Of a stretch of DNA of 50,631 bases, positions 35,470 through 45,254 are shown piece after piece. This DNA is from an uncultured Eubacteriales bacterium (GTDB lineage: Bacteria > Bacillota_I > Bacilli_A > RF39 > UBA660): the NCBI GenBank assembly GCA_900320505.1, contig ONSL01000002.1:1-50631 (forward strand), given 5' to 3'. Position numbers and translations under genes: made by a program. The notes beneath the pieces are model-generated. The model made no database searches, was not told the DNA's origin, and saw only the letters and a list, made by a program, of their open reading frames with translations. The stretch's first letter is position 1. Each line of letters starts with the position of its first letter.

Positions 35470-36825
35470 TTATTTTTGAGTAATCTTAACTTTAACCTTT
35501 TTAGTTTTAGAACTATAAGTAAGACGAAGATCATCACCCTTAACCTTAACAGGAACTTCATGCTCACCAACACCATAGTTCTTTAAATCAATATAGGCAC
35601 TGATATCAGATGAAGTTAATGCATCTATATTAGATTGACTACCAGTAACAACAACAGTAACACTAGAGTCTTCCTCACTTAAAGCTTGTGCTTTGTACTT
35701 ACTATTTAAGTTTTCAGTAGATACTGCAACATTTGTAAACTCCTTAGTAACTGAATTATCAAGAGTAACATCAACTGCTATATCTTTAACACTTAAATCA
35801 GTAACACCATTAGGTTTAGAAATAGTAACATTAAACTTCTTATTTTCACTTAAATTCTTAACATCAATTGGAACTTCAATATTGTCAATATCATTTAGTA
35901 CTGTCTCATCACCATAAATAGTAACATTTGAAGCAGAAAGTGTAAGAGAACTTATCGCCTTTCCAAGTGCAACATTTCCTTTTGGTATAACCCTAATTGG
36001 AACAGTCTTACTAGGACTTGCAATAGTAACTTTTGCAGTAACATTATTTGGAACAACTTCAACATCTAAAACATTACCATTAGAATCATAAGCAACTAGA
36101 GGAACTTTCTTAAGAGTTATAGTACCTTCTTTTGGATTACTAATCTCATCAACGTCAACTAGCGCACGAACAGTTGCAACCTTCTTAAGCATATACTCTG
36201 CACCCTTAACAATTACAGTATCACGATTAAGTTTAACATCCTGAATATGAAGTTTAGAATCAAGATCATCCTGATGTAAAATATCAACAGTAAGAGATCT
36301 AGTATCAGAAACTTTCTCATAAATAGTAACAGTAACTTCAGATGGATCAAGCTTATAATCTAGTGACTTAATTCTTTCAGAATACTTTAACTGAACCTTA
36401 TGATTACCTGGCTTTAACCCTGTTAAATCAACAGTAACACCTTTAGAAGGAGATTGTTTAGCAAGAAATATATGACGTTTCTGACCAATCAAAGTAACAT
36501 CAACAGTTTTTGGAAGTCCTTCAACAACATAAAGCTCTTCATTATATGTTGCATTAACTTTTTGATTATATAAAACTTCAGCATATTGATCAACAAGTAC
36601 ATTAGACTCATTATCAACTATTAAAAATATACCAACACTTATAAGAAGAGAAACTATTAATAAAGTAGACTTCTTTCCCATAAGTTTATCAAATTTTTTA
36701 GATCTATTATTAAATAAATTACTAATACCTAAAACAAGCTTTGTAACAGGAGTTATTATCCATTTATCAAAGAAAACTGCAATAGGATGAAAAATAATTT
36801 TAAAAATATTAGTTGTCTTCTTCAT
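35470..36825 (-). CDS. cdaR: YbbR-domain protein CdaR (regulator of diadenylate cyclase CdaA)
   Basis: N-terminal TM segment plus repeated YbbR-like beta domains. The start overlaps the cdaA 3' end, with GAGGA SD 8 nt upstream. Confidence 0.75.
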   Translation of the reverse strand: MKKTTNIFKIIFHPIAVFFDKWIITPVTKLVLGISNLFNNRSKKFDKLMGKKSTLLIVSLLISVGIFLIVDNESNVLVDQYAEVLYNQKVNATYNEELYVVEGLPKTVDVTLIGQKRHIFLAKQSPSKGVTVDLTGLKPGNHKVQLKYSERIKSLDYKLDPSEVTVTIYEKVSDTRSLTVDILHQDDLDSKLHIQDVKLNRDTVIVKGAEYMLKKVATVRALVDVDEISNPKEGTITLKKVPLVAYDSNGNVLDVEVVPNNVTAKVTIASPSKTVPIRVIPKGNVALGKAISSLTLSASNVTIYGDETVLNDIDNIEVPIDVKNLSENKKFNVTISKPNGVTDLSVKDIAVDVTLDNSVTKEFTNVAVSTENLNSKYKAQALSEEDSSVTVVVTGSQSNIDALTSSDISAYIDLKNYGVGEHEVPVKVKGDDLRLTYSSKTKKVKVKITQK

Positions 36826-37636
36826 AAATATCATCCTCGCTATCTACATCATCTTTTTGAGTCTTTGGTTTAAGTTCATCGATAAGCATCATACGAACAT
36901 CCTCAAGTGATAGTCCATAGAAAAGTTCTCCTTTAATAGCAATACTCATCTTACCAGTTTCTTCAGACACAATAAGACTTATACAATCTGTCTCCTCACT
37001 AATACCAACAGCTGCTCTATGTCTAGTACCTAAATGCTTTGTCTGGAACTTAGGACTATTATCAGTTGGGAAAACAGCACCAGCACATGTTATTTTATCA
37101 CCTTGTATAATTACGCCACCATCATGAAGTGGATTTCCTTCGTAAAATATTGCATCAAGAAGATCAGCAGATAAATCAGCATAAATCTTTTTAGCCTTGT
37201 CAATATAATTACCTAAACTTATATCACGTTCAATAACAATTAAAGCACCAATTTTATTCTTTCGTAAATAATCCATTGCAGTAACTATCTGATAAACCAT
37301 CTTTTCTCTTTCATCAACAGTAAGAACCTTATGTCTACCCAAAAGTTGAGATCTACCAAGTTGTTCCAAAATATCTCTAATTTCAGGTTGGAAAATAACA
37401 ATTAAAGCAAGAGGTCCATACATAATAACATAATCAAGAAGTAAATTTACAGTAGTAAATCCAAGCCACTGTGCAATAACCTTTAAAACAATAATTAAAA
37501 ATACACCCTTAAAAATTAAAGATAACTTTACATTATTTTTTAAATTTTTTAATATTGTATAGCATAAAAACCATACAATAGAAATATCAATTATTTTTCT
37601 AATTATACTAACTACATCCGTAAAAGTTATAGTCAT
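36809..37636 (-). CDS. cdaA: diadenylate cyclase CdaA (c-di-AMP synthase)
   Basis: Three N-terminal TM segments. The DAC domain has GALIVIERD, DGGVII and HLGTRHRAAVGISEETD. Confidence 0.9.
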   Translation of the reverse strand: MTITFTDVVSIIRKIIDISIVWFLCYTILKNLKNNVKLSLIFKGVFLIIVLKVIAQWLGFTTVNLLLDYVIMYGPLALIVIFQPEIRDILEQLGRSQLLGRHKVLTVDEREKMVYQIVTAMDYLRKNKIGALIVIERDISLGNYIDKAKKIYADLSADLLDAIFYEGNPLHDGGVIIQGDKITCAGAVFPTDNSPKFQTKHLGTRHRAAVGISEETDCISLIVSEETGKMSIAIKGELFYGLSLEDVRMMLIDELKPKTQKDDVDSEDDIYEEDN

Positions 37637-37790
37637 CAAATCATCTCCAAACGCATTTTATATTATACAAAAAATTTGTATTCAAGTAAATAGAACCCTA
37701 ACCTATAACAATAATAACATTTTTAAGAAAATATATAAAGGACTAATTGAAATTTTTTTTAATTTATAGTACCATTTTTATGGTGATAAT

Positions 37791-38426
37791 ATGGCAAGTT
37801 CAATAATACATATGGCAGTTGCAACTGAAATAAACAAAAAATTAAAATACAAAGAAAAAGAATATTTAGTAGGCTCAATCGCACCAGATGTTGCAAAATA
37901 TGTTGGTATGGAAAAATGGCAAACACACTTTCAAGAAAAAGATAAAGACCCATGGCCAAACATGAAAGAATTTGAAAAAAAATATAACAAATATTTAAAA
38001 GATCCATTTACAATGGGATATTATATACATCTATATACAGACTACTTTTGGTTTAAATATTTTATAAGTGAAATAAAACAAGACTGGGTAGAAGATATGG
38101 AAGAAAAAGGAAGAAAATACACTCCCGAAGAAATAAATAGCCTAATATATAGTGACTATACAAATCTAAATATACAAGTAATAGACAGATATAAACTACC
38201 ACTTGACATATTTTATGAAAAAAGAAAATTAAACATACCAAAATATATTGATGAATACCCATACGATAAAACAGATGTAATAATAAAAGAAGTTGGAAAA
38301 ATAGTAGAAAACTCAACATGTGATAAAAAAATACTGTTTAACATGAACGACATAAATGCCTTTGTTAAAACAGCATCAGAACTAATATATAGTGAAATAG
38401 AAAAATTTAAAATAAAGGAGCAATAA
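37791..38426 (+). CDS. hypothetical protein, possibly zinc-dependent phospholipase C-like hydrolase family
   Basis: N-terminal SIIHMAVA...GSIAPD...H pattern. GGTGA SD. Confidence 0.4.
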   Translation: MASSIIHMAVATEINKKLKYKEKEYLVGSIAPDVAKYVGMEKWQTHFQEKDKDPWPNMKEFEKKYNKYLKDPFTMGYYIHLYTDYFWFKYFISEIKQDWVEDMEEKGRKYTPEEINSLIYSDYTNLNIQVIDRYKLPLDIFYEKRKLNIPKYIDEYPYDKTDVIIKEVGKIVENSTCDKKILFNMNDINAFVKTASELIYSEIEKFKIKEQ

Positions 38427-39912
38427 GCCTTAAAACACTTTGCCAAATGCGAACAAAAATATTAGGTTTAGCTTCTTCTTTTTTAATAAGCCTGCAAGAC
38501 TTTAAAGTATCATTAAAGTCTTTTTTCATAGTTAAAACCTCATGTCTACCTTCCAAATAAACACCATTTTCAAAATGTAAATATAAACTTCTATAATCAA
38601 GATTAAGAGTACCAATAGATGCGCGAACATCATCTGATACAAACATTTTAGCATGAATAAAGCCAGGCTTATATTTATAAATCTTAACCCCTGCATCATA
38701 TAAAGATTCAAAATAAGAAGAACTTATAGTATAAGTAAGTTTCTTATCAGGAATATAAGGAACTATAATTTTAACATCAACACCTCTTTTAGAAGCTCTT
38801 ATTAAACTATTAATAACATCGGTATCAATAATAAGATATGGTGTATAAATATAAACATAGTCTTTAGCATCATTAATAATATCAAGATAAACATCCTCAC
38901 CTATTAAAGAATTACCAAAAGGAGAAGAATCATATGGAACAATATAGCCATCATCCTTTATATTAGCATTACTAAAATCGTATTTAAATTTAGAAATATC
39001 CTTATCAAAATCTAAATTAGCATTCCAAAGAGTTAAAAAAGTAATGGTAAAATTAAAAACAGCAGGTCCATAAACTTTAACAGCATTATCTTTCCAAACA
39101 CCTTTAGGATGAGTAATATTCATATATTCATCAGATAAATTAATACCACCAGTAAAACCAACTCTTCCATCAACAACAGTAATTTTTCTATGATCTCTAT
39201 TATTCATAAACATGCCCCTAAAAGGACTCATCTTATTAAAAGATATGCATTTTATACCATACTTTTCAAGCTCTCTTGGATATCTAGTAGAATAACTTGC
39301 AAGAGACCCCATATCATCATACATTATCCTAACATCTACATTGCTACTAGCTTTCTCTTTCAAAATATCTAAAATACTATTCCATACCTTACCATCTCTA
39401 ATAATAAAATATTCCATAAATATAAACTTTTGAGCACTCTTAAGCTCCTTAATCAAATCAGGGTAAAAATCTTCTCCAAAAGGATAATAAGTAAGCTTAT
39501 TACATCTAGTAACAGGATTATGACTTTCTAAAATAAACTTTAAAATATCTAAATTACTATTTTCAACATCCTTTTTTATACTAGAAGAAGTATCACAGTA
39601 TTTTAAATATTCTTTTTCTTTCTTATAAATACTCTTAAGAAGTTTATTATTTAAAGTACTTCTAGCAATTACAATATAAGTTAAAGTACCAAATATAGGG
39701 AAAATTGTAATTAAAAGAATCCATGATAAATCATTAGAAAGCTTTGTACTATTTCTAATAATAGCAAGACAAATTAAAATACCAATAAATCTATAAATAA
39801 AACCAATAATAAGAATATGTTTTGCAAAAAAATACCTAATAGAAATAGCAAAACCAATCTGTAAAATGACACCAATTAAAACAATAAGACCTCTCTTAAT
39901 AGCATTTTTCAT
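38407..39912 (-). CDS. cls: cardiolipin synthase (two HKD motifs)
   Basis: N-terminal TM segments. HKD motifs DHRKITVVDG and IHAKMFVSDD. The ATG overlaps the upstream stop (ATGA). Confidence 0.85.
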   Translation of the reverse strand: MKNAIKRGLIVLIGVILQIGFAISIRYFFAKHILIIGFIYRFIGILICLAIIRNSTKLSNDLSWILLITIFPIFGTLTYIVIARSTLNNKLLKSIYKKEKEYLKYCDTSSSIKKDVENSNLDILKFILESHNPVTRCNKLTYYPFGEDFYPDLIKELKSAQKFIFMEYFIIRDGKVWNSILDILKEKASSNVDVRIMYDDMGSLASYSTRYPRELEKYGIKCISFNKMSPFRGMFMNNRDHRKITVVDGRVGFTGGINLSDEYMNITHPKGVWKDNAVKVYGPAVFNFTITFLTLWNANLDFDKDISKFKYDFSNANIKDDGYIVPYDSSPFGNSLIGEDVYLDIINDAKDYVYIYTPYLIIDTDVINSLIRASKRGVDVKIIVPYIPDKKLTYTISSSYFESLYDAGVKIYKYKPGFIHAKMFVSDDVRASIGTLNLDYRSLYLHFENGVYLEGRHEVLTMKKDFNDTLKSCRLIKKEEAKPNIFVRIWQSVLRLIAPLF

Positions 39913-40523
39913 TTTGAACCTCCAACAAATTTATGATACAAACTAGTATAAACAATAAGATAAGAAATAGAAACAAGAAATCCTGCTAATACATCACTAA
40001 TATAATGTACACCTAAATAAACTCTACTAATACCAATAAGAATAATTAGTAAACTTAAAATCAAAATTAATGTTATTTTAATACATTTATTGTAATTAGA
40101 CTTATATATTAAATAAATAAGATAACCATAAAAAGCCATACTACTCATAGAATGTCCAGAAGGAAAACTATAACCACTAACATTAATTAATTTTAAATTA
40201 GGTCTAGGTCTTTGAATAATAATCTTTAAAATAAAATTTAAAATACTTACTATACATAAATTAAAAATAACAGATATCCAAGTCTTTTTATTTTTTATAA
40301 CAAAGTAAAGAAGTAAAGTAAAACAAATTAATAAAAAAGCGCTACCAAAAAAAGTAATAGTTTTAAAAAAATCATAAGTACCAATACTATAAACAAATTC
40401 ATAAAAAGAATTATCAAATTTAATTAATTTACCATTAGACATCAAAACAAAAATTAATAAAAACATTAAAATACAAAATATAAATATAAACCATTTAAAA
40501 TTTTTAACTACAAACTTCTTCAT
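39909..40523 (-). CDS. PAP2-family phosphatase (undecaprenyl-diphosphatase/BcrC-like)
   Basis: KxxxxxxRP (IIQRPRP), SFPSGHS and SRVYLGVHYISDV motifs. Confidence 0.75.
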   Translation of the reverse strand: MKKFVVKNFKWFIFIFCILMFLLIFVLMSNGKLIKFDNSFYEFVYSIGTYDFFKTITFFGSAFLLICFTLLLYFVIKNKKTWISVIFNLCIVSILNFILKIIIQRPRPNLKLINVSGYSFPSGHSMSSMAFYGYLIYLIYKSNYNKCIKITLILILSLLIILIGISRVYLGVHYISDVLAGFLVSISYLIVYTSLYHKFVGGSK

Positions 40524-40571
40524 AATTTAATTATATTATATGTAAAGAAAAAAGCAAGTCTACTTGCCTCT

Positions 40572-40775
40572 TCATATATCTAAAATCTTTGTACAAACGT
40601 TCTCACCAAATCTATAATCATGAGATAAAAAAATAATTGTTAGCTTATAATTAATAATAACATCTTCAATTTGAATTCTATTAAAAAAATTTATTATCCT
40701 TAAAAAAAAGTGTTGCAAGAAGAATTTTAGTTCTTTCACCCATACTTAAAGATTTAAAAGGTCTATTTAAAACCA
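40572..40775 (-). pseudogene. remnant of an ABC transporter ATP-binding protein
   Basis: Fragments FKSLSMGERTKILLATLFF (degenerate LSGGE signature) and IQIEDVIINYKLTIIFLSHDYRFGENVCTKILDI (H-loop SHD), separated by stops. No N-terminal half remains. Confidence 0.55.
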
Positions 40776-40786
40776 AACAAAAAACA

Positions 40787-41083
40787 TCAGATTTTCCACT
40801 GATATTTTTCTAAATCGACTTTAAAATTATTAACCACAATGCCATCCAAATTAAGTCTTCTTTTTTGTTCATTTATACCACCAAAAGCATAATTTTTAGA
40901 AAGGCATCCCCTACTATTTACAACCTTATAACAAGGGTATTTTATAGAATCAGTATTACTATGTAAAATATTACCAACTACTCTTGCAAGCCTGCCATTG
41001 CCAAGATAAAGAGCAATCTGTTTATAAGTAGCAACTTTTCCTTTAGGTATTTTAGTTAAAAAGTAAAATATTTTATCTCTCAT
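40787..41083 (-). CDS. MGMT-family DNA-binding-domain protein (short form)
   Basis: IPKGKVATYKQIA...VGNILHSN...YPCYKVVNSRG. The active-site pentapeptide reads PCYKV instead of PCHRV. Confidence 0.65.
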   Translation of the reverse strand: MRDKIFYFLTKIPKGKVATYKQIALYLGNGRLARVVGNILHSNTDSIKYPCYKVVNSRGCLSKNYAFGGINEQKRRLNLDGIVVNNFKVDLEKYQWKI

Positions 41084-41468
41084 AATTCCATATACCAAGA
41101 TGACCTTTCGCTTTAATAGGTTTATCTAAAACTTTTATATCGTCAAGTATCCATGCATATCTTCCATTACTATAAAATCCAGATACAAATTCATTTTTAT
41201 TTTTCTTAACACTATTTATAAAATCATCATCAATACTAACACAATCTTTAAGAGTGCAAGAACAAATAATAAAGCCGTAATTAAGACAATTTAAATCGAA
41301 AAGAGACATTAATTCAGAATTATTTAAAGTATCCCTATGTATCTTTGTAGAACTAGCATGAATATAAATTTTTCCTCTGTAATTAGTCTTCCAACTTCTA
41401 GTTTCAATTTTTTTAACACCATTTGCTATAAGAGTTGCATAAGGCTCTGTTATACTTAAAACTTTCAT
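41073..41468 (-). CDS. ASCH-domain protein
   Basis: MKVLSITEPYATLIANGVKKIETRSWKTNYRGKIYIHAS matches the ASCH/PUA-like N-terminal pattern. Confidence 0.65.
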   Translation of the reverse strand: MKVLSITEPYATLIANGVKKIETRSWKTNYRGKIYIHASSTKIHRDTLNNSELMSLFDLNCLNYGFIICSCTLKDCVSIDDDFINSVKKNKNEFVSGFYSNGRYAWILDDIKVLDKPIKAKGHLGIWNYER

Positions 41469-41476
41469 TTAAAAAA

Positions 41477-42385
41477 TTAAAAACTCCTTTCAATATCTTT
41501 ATAAAGTTTGTTATTTATAACCTCTGCATTATCACCCATAAAAGCTTTAGAAGCATCAACATCATCTTTTAAATAATACATAAACCAAGCTGTTACATAA
41601 CCATCAGCAGAATAAATCATTTTATCACGTTTAGTATTTTTTCTTACCATCATAATTTTATCTCCAGAAACTTCATTATAAATACTCTTAAGTTGCTTTA
41701 AACTAACACCAGAATCATTAGATGTATCATCGCTAGAAATCAAAAGAATTGGACTCTTTACAAGACTTGCATCATAATACCATTCAAACCTATCAGATAA
41801 AGTCTTATTAGTAGGTGATATTGAAACAGCACACTTATAAACATCTTTATTTTCTGACTTAGTAATAGCATTTAAAACCCCAATAGCACCCTCTGAATAA
41901 CCAGTAATACCAACGTTATCTAAATCAATACTATTATAAAATATATTATTTTTATCATTATATTTCTTTTTAGAATCTAAATTTTTAAGATGATTAATTG
42001 TAGTATTAGATGAAAAGCCACTCCAGTCATACTCGCTTTCACTTCCAACTGCAATAAATCCCCATGATGCCATATGCTCTAATAAATGATAATACTTTGA
42101 AGCAGGAATATCGATATCATTTAAAAAAACTACAACAGGATACTTCTTATTTTCATTTTCCATCTCACTTGGATAATAAATAATATACTTTTTAGCCTCT
42201 TGCATAACCTCTTCTTCATACTTTGAAGTATCATATTTACCTAAACTCATATATTTAGACTCAATATTACCACCAGTTTTAACTTTATTATAATAATTTT
42301 TAGGAACAAACTGCCTATTACTAAATAAAATTGCGCATATAATTATAATTAATATAAAAGCAGTTATTATTTTTACTTTCTTCAT
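41477..42385 (-). CDS. secreted/anchored alpha/beta hydrolase (dienelactone hydrolase/chlorophyllase-like)
   Basis: N-terminal TM/signal segment and nucleophile elbow GYSEGA. GGGAG SD before the ATG at 42385. Extended -10 TGATATAAT at 42407-42415. Confidence 0.65.
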   Translation of the reverse strand: MKKVKIITAFILIIIICAILFSNRQFVPKNYYNKVKTGGNIESKYMSLGKYDTSKYEEEVMQEAKKYIIYYPSEMENENKKYPVVVFLNDIDIPASKYYHLLEHMASWGFIAVGSESEYDWSGFSSNTTINHLKNLDSKKKYNDKNNIFYNSIDLDNVGITGYSEGAIGVLNAITKSENKDVYKCAVSISPTNKTLSDRFEWYYDASLVKSPILLISSDDTSNDSGVSLKQLKSIYNEVSGDKIMMVRKNTKRDKMIYSADGYVTAWFMYYLKDDVDASKAFMGDNAEVINNKLYKDIERSF

Positions 42386-42414
42386 ACTTACTACTCCCAT
42401 ACATAAATTATATC

Positions 42415-42443
42415 AAAATAAAAAGAAGATAACTAGTCTTCTT
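42415..42443 (-). terminator. intrinsic terminator
   Basis: Minus strand: AAGAAGA-ctagtta-TCTTCTT followed by TTTATTTT. Confidence 0.55.
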
Positions 42444-42481
42444 AACCAAAAACAGACATAAATGGAAAACTATAAACCGTA

Positions 42482-42869
42482 TTATAAATTGAATATAATG
42501 AAAGAGTAATAGAAAAAATAATATATAACATAAATAATCATAGTAATTAAATCAATAAAAAACATAAGTTTAGCATGTTTATTTATCTTTTTAAAATTCT
42601 TTAAAATTCTTTTAATCCACTTTCTATTACAAATAATATGAATAACATCATATTCTGATATATCACTAATTTTACCCTTTATAGGTGCATTATTAACCCT
42701 TCTTTCGCTTATTCTATACAAGTCTTGTAATCAGGAACTAAAGGTTCCGCTTTAAAACTATCAGCACCAGTTGCTTCTAATCAGCAATATATTCTGTATT
42801 CCCTTTTTCTATATATCAAGTACCATAAATTTCCCCAGCTCTACTAAAATAAATAATTAAACTTTTCAT
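42482..42869 (-). pseudogene. flavodoxin-family gene, heavily degraded (multiple stops and frameshifts)
   Basis: MKSLIIYFSRAGEIYGT*YIEKGNTEYIAD, then shifted LEATGADSFKAEPLVPDYKTCIE*, then the ORF 42482-42721 containing ISEYDVIHI. Order and motifs follow short-chain flavodoxin-like proteins. Confidence 0.6.
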
Positions 42870-43255
42870 AATTTTCTTCTCCACAAATAAACACTATAAT
42901 TACAATTATTTTTATCACAATAATGGCAACATTCACAATAAACATCCTCTTTAATATTTTCAAGTGTTTTATTAATTAATAAGGTCATAATACCATGTCT
43001 TTTATAATTAGGATCAGTACAAGTAAAACTAATCTCCAAACCATAATATGAAGAAGTTTTACTAACAAGTCCAGACATTACGATAAGTTTATTATTAAGA
43101 AAAGCAAGATAATACCTATTATCAATATTCCCAAGTGCACTTTCATCAATAGGAAAAGACCCAAAACACATAATAATTAATTTTTCTATAATATCCTTAT
43201 CAGAATATGTACTCTATCTAAAGGAAATATAATCTAAATTAAAATCATTTTTCAT
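42866..43255 (-). pseudogene. GNAT-family N-acetyltransferase with an in-frame TAG at codon 14
   Basis: GAGGTG SD and ATG at 43255. MKNDFNLDYISFR, then TAG (43214-43216), then STYSDKDIIEKLIIMCFGSFPIDES... in the same frame. The C-terminal part contains YKRHGIMTLLINKTLE (acetyl-CoA-binding-like). Confidence 0.55.
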
Positions 43256-43267
43256 AAATAAACACCT

Positions 43268-44137
43268 CTACTTTTCATCAATTGGATTAACATGTATAAC
43301 AGTTAAATAAACCTCTGGAACAAGATCATCAATTTCCTTCTCTAATTTATTTGCAATATCATGACTTTCATAAGTTGATAAATTACCATCAACAAAAATG
43401 GTAAAAGATATTTGATATCTATAACCAACAGGAGTTGAATTAAAATGTCTAATATGATCTATTTCAGAATGCTTACTAATAATCCTTAAAATCTTATCTT
43501 TAGTTTTATCATCAATTGCCTTATCCATTAAAACATCATAACTTTCCCTAAATATCTTAAAAGCAGAAAACAAAATGCATAATGAAATAATAGTGCCAAC
43601 AATACCATCAACATATTTAAAGCCAAAATAAGATAAAATAATAGATAAAAGTGTAATAGACGTTACCAAAACATCATTTCTATGATCAACACTACTAGCT
43701 TTAATTAAAATATTATTTGTCCTTTTATAAAAATTATTCGTAATTAGGAATAATAACAGTTTCGTAACAATAGTAATAATACAAACAATAATTAACCAAA
43801 TAGAATAATTTATTTTTTCTCCATTTATAATAGAAAGTACTGAACTCTTAATAGTAGTAAAACTTAAAATAAACATAACTATACTAATTAACATACTAAA
43901 AATATATTCAGCTTTTCCATGACCTAAATTATGATCATCATCTGCCACCTTACTACTAATTTTATTACCAACAAAAGTCATAAATGACGACAAAATATCA
44001 CCCAAACTATTAAAAGCATCAGCAAGAAGTGACTGACTATTACTAATAATTGCAATAATGCACTTTATAACCGCTAAAAATACATTGCATATAATGCCAA
44101 GAAAACTAGTTCTATATGCATATCTAATTCTATCCAT
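43268..44137 (-). CDS. cation diffusion facilitator (CDF) family metal efflux transporter
   Basis: Six TM segments, SLLADAFNSLGD and DHRNDVL motifs, and a C-terminal cytoplasmic domain. Confidence 0.8.
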   Translation of the reverse strand: MDRIRYAYRTSFLGIICNVFLAVIKCIIAIISNSQSLLADAFNSLGDILSSFMTFVGNKISSKVADDDHNLGHGKAEYIFSMLISIVMFILSFTTIKSSVLSIINGEKINYSIWLIIVCIITIVTKLLLFLITNNFYKRTNNILIKASSVDHRNDVLVTSITLLSIILSYFGFKYVDGIVGTIISLCILFSAFKIFRESYDVLMDKAIDDKTKDKILRIISKHSEIDHIRHFNSTPVGYRYQISFTIFVDGNLSTYESHDIANKLEKEIDDLVPEVYLTVIHVNPIDEK

Positions 44138-44359
44138 AAAATCACATCCAATACTTGATTATTTTAAATCTATTATAGCACTTAAAGAATTAAAAGACTC
44201 TTCTCTATCAATTATTATTTTAGCTTGTCATGAAATAACATACATAAACTCTTTATTTTTTGTGTATATTTTTCCATTAAATAATTGGGCTCAATAATTG
44301 ATTTTGCTATTTTACAGTCATCATATATAAACATTCTTACTCTTGTTATGCCAGTTCAA

Positions 44360-44683
44360 TTATTCATTTTTTCCATAAACTTCTTCTATTAATGGGAAAG
44401 TACTCCAAGCCTTAGGCTATCCAACATAGAATGCAAGTTGTGTTACCATCTCAACAGCTTCTTCTTTAGTAATTCCATGCTTTTTTCCAAACATTAAATG
44501 AGACTTTAGTTGTGGATAAAGTCCTAAAGCCATTAAAGCTGATATAGTTATCATTGACCTATCTCTTAAAGAAAGTTTATCTTCTCTTGACCATACCTCA
44601 CCAAATAAAACATCATCATTTAAATATGCAAACTCTGGTGCTAAAGTGCCTAAATTATCTCTTCCAGCAGTTTGTTTTTCCAT
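44360..44683 (-). pseudogene. carboxymuconolactone decarboxylase (CMD/AhpD-like) family gene with TAG replacing a conserved Trp codon
   Basis: ...LNDDVLFGEVWSREDKLSLRDRSMITISALMALG...VTQLAFYVG, then TAG (44417-44419), then PKAWSTFPLIEEVYGKNE in frame. The family consensus at this point is A(F/G)Y(A/V)GWP. Confidence 0.65.
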
Positions 44684-44695
44684 AATATCATCTCT

Positions 44696-45202
44696 TTATC
44701 TATATTCAACAATTTTATCAATACTTTTTCTTGTATTATGATGCATACTTTGAGGACAATCGTCCGCCCTATATCCAATAGGCATTAAGCATACAGGTAT
44801 CAAATTATCTGGTAGATTAAATTCATTTTTTAAAACATCACTATCATAAAGTTTAATCCAAATATTTGAAACACCTATATTGGTTGCTTCAAGCATCATA
44901 TGAGTTGCAACTATAGTTGAATCCATCTCATAAGATGAATAATCATCTCTGCTATAAGCTTCATTTTTATTCCCAAGTATCATAAGTACAACAGGAGCTC
45001 CATATCTGTATCTAGTAGCTTTATCAATTTTAGAAAGACCATCTTTACTCCTAACTACATAAACTTTAAAAGGTTGTTTATTAACAGCTGTTGGAGCAAT
45101 ACGTCCAGCCTCTAATATTTTATCAAGTTTATCTTGCTCTAATAATTTATCACTAAACTTCCTAGTAGAACATCTTTCTCTAATAACCTTATCAAACTCC
45201 AT
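44696..45202 (-). CDS. nitroreductase-family protein
   Basis: RCSTRKF...APTAVNKQP... 168 aa. Confidence 0.75.
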   Translation of the reverse strand: MEFDKVIRERCSTRKFSDKLLEQDKLDKILEAGRIAPTAVNKQPFKVYVVRSKDGLSKIDKATRYRYGAPVVLMILGNKNEAYSRDDYSSYEMDSTIVATHMMLEATNIGVSNIWIKLYDSDVLKNEFNLPDNLIPVCLMPIGYRADDCPQSMHHNTRKSIDKIVEYR

Positions 45203-45254
45203 TAAATCATCTCCAATTAAAGTATAACATTTTTAAAATAATAAAAAAATAAGA

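Noticed and set aside
35470-37636. cdaA-cdaR is not followed by glmM, unlike the common Firmicutes cdaA-cdaR-glmM operon.
   Set aside because: This is gene-order variation only. glmM is probably elsewhere in the genome, and nothing in the sequence suggests altered c-di-AMP biology.
44138-44359. The 220 bp gap upstream of the CDF transporter was examined for a metal-sensing (czcD/NiCo-type) riboswitch.
   Set aside because: No GC-rich paired elements are present. The region translates in pieces like further degraded coding sequence and contains a plain TATAAT promoter.
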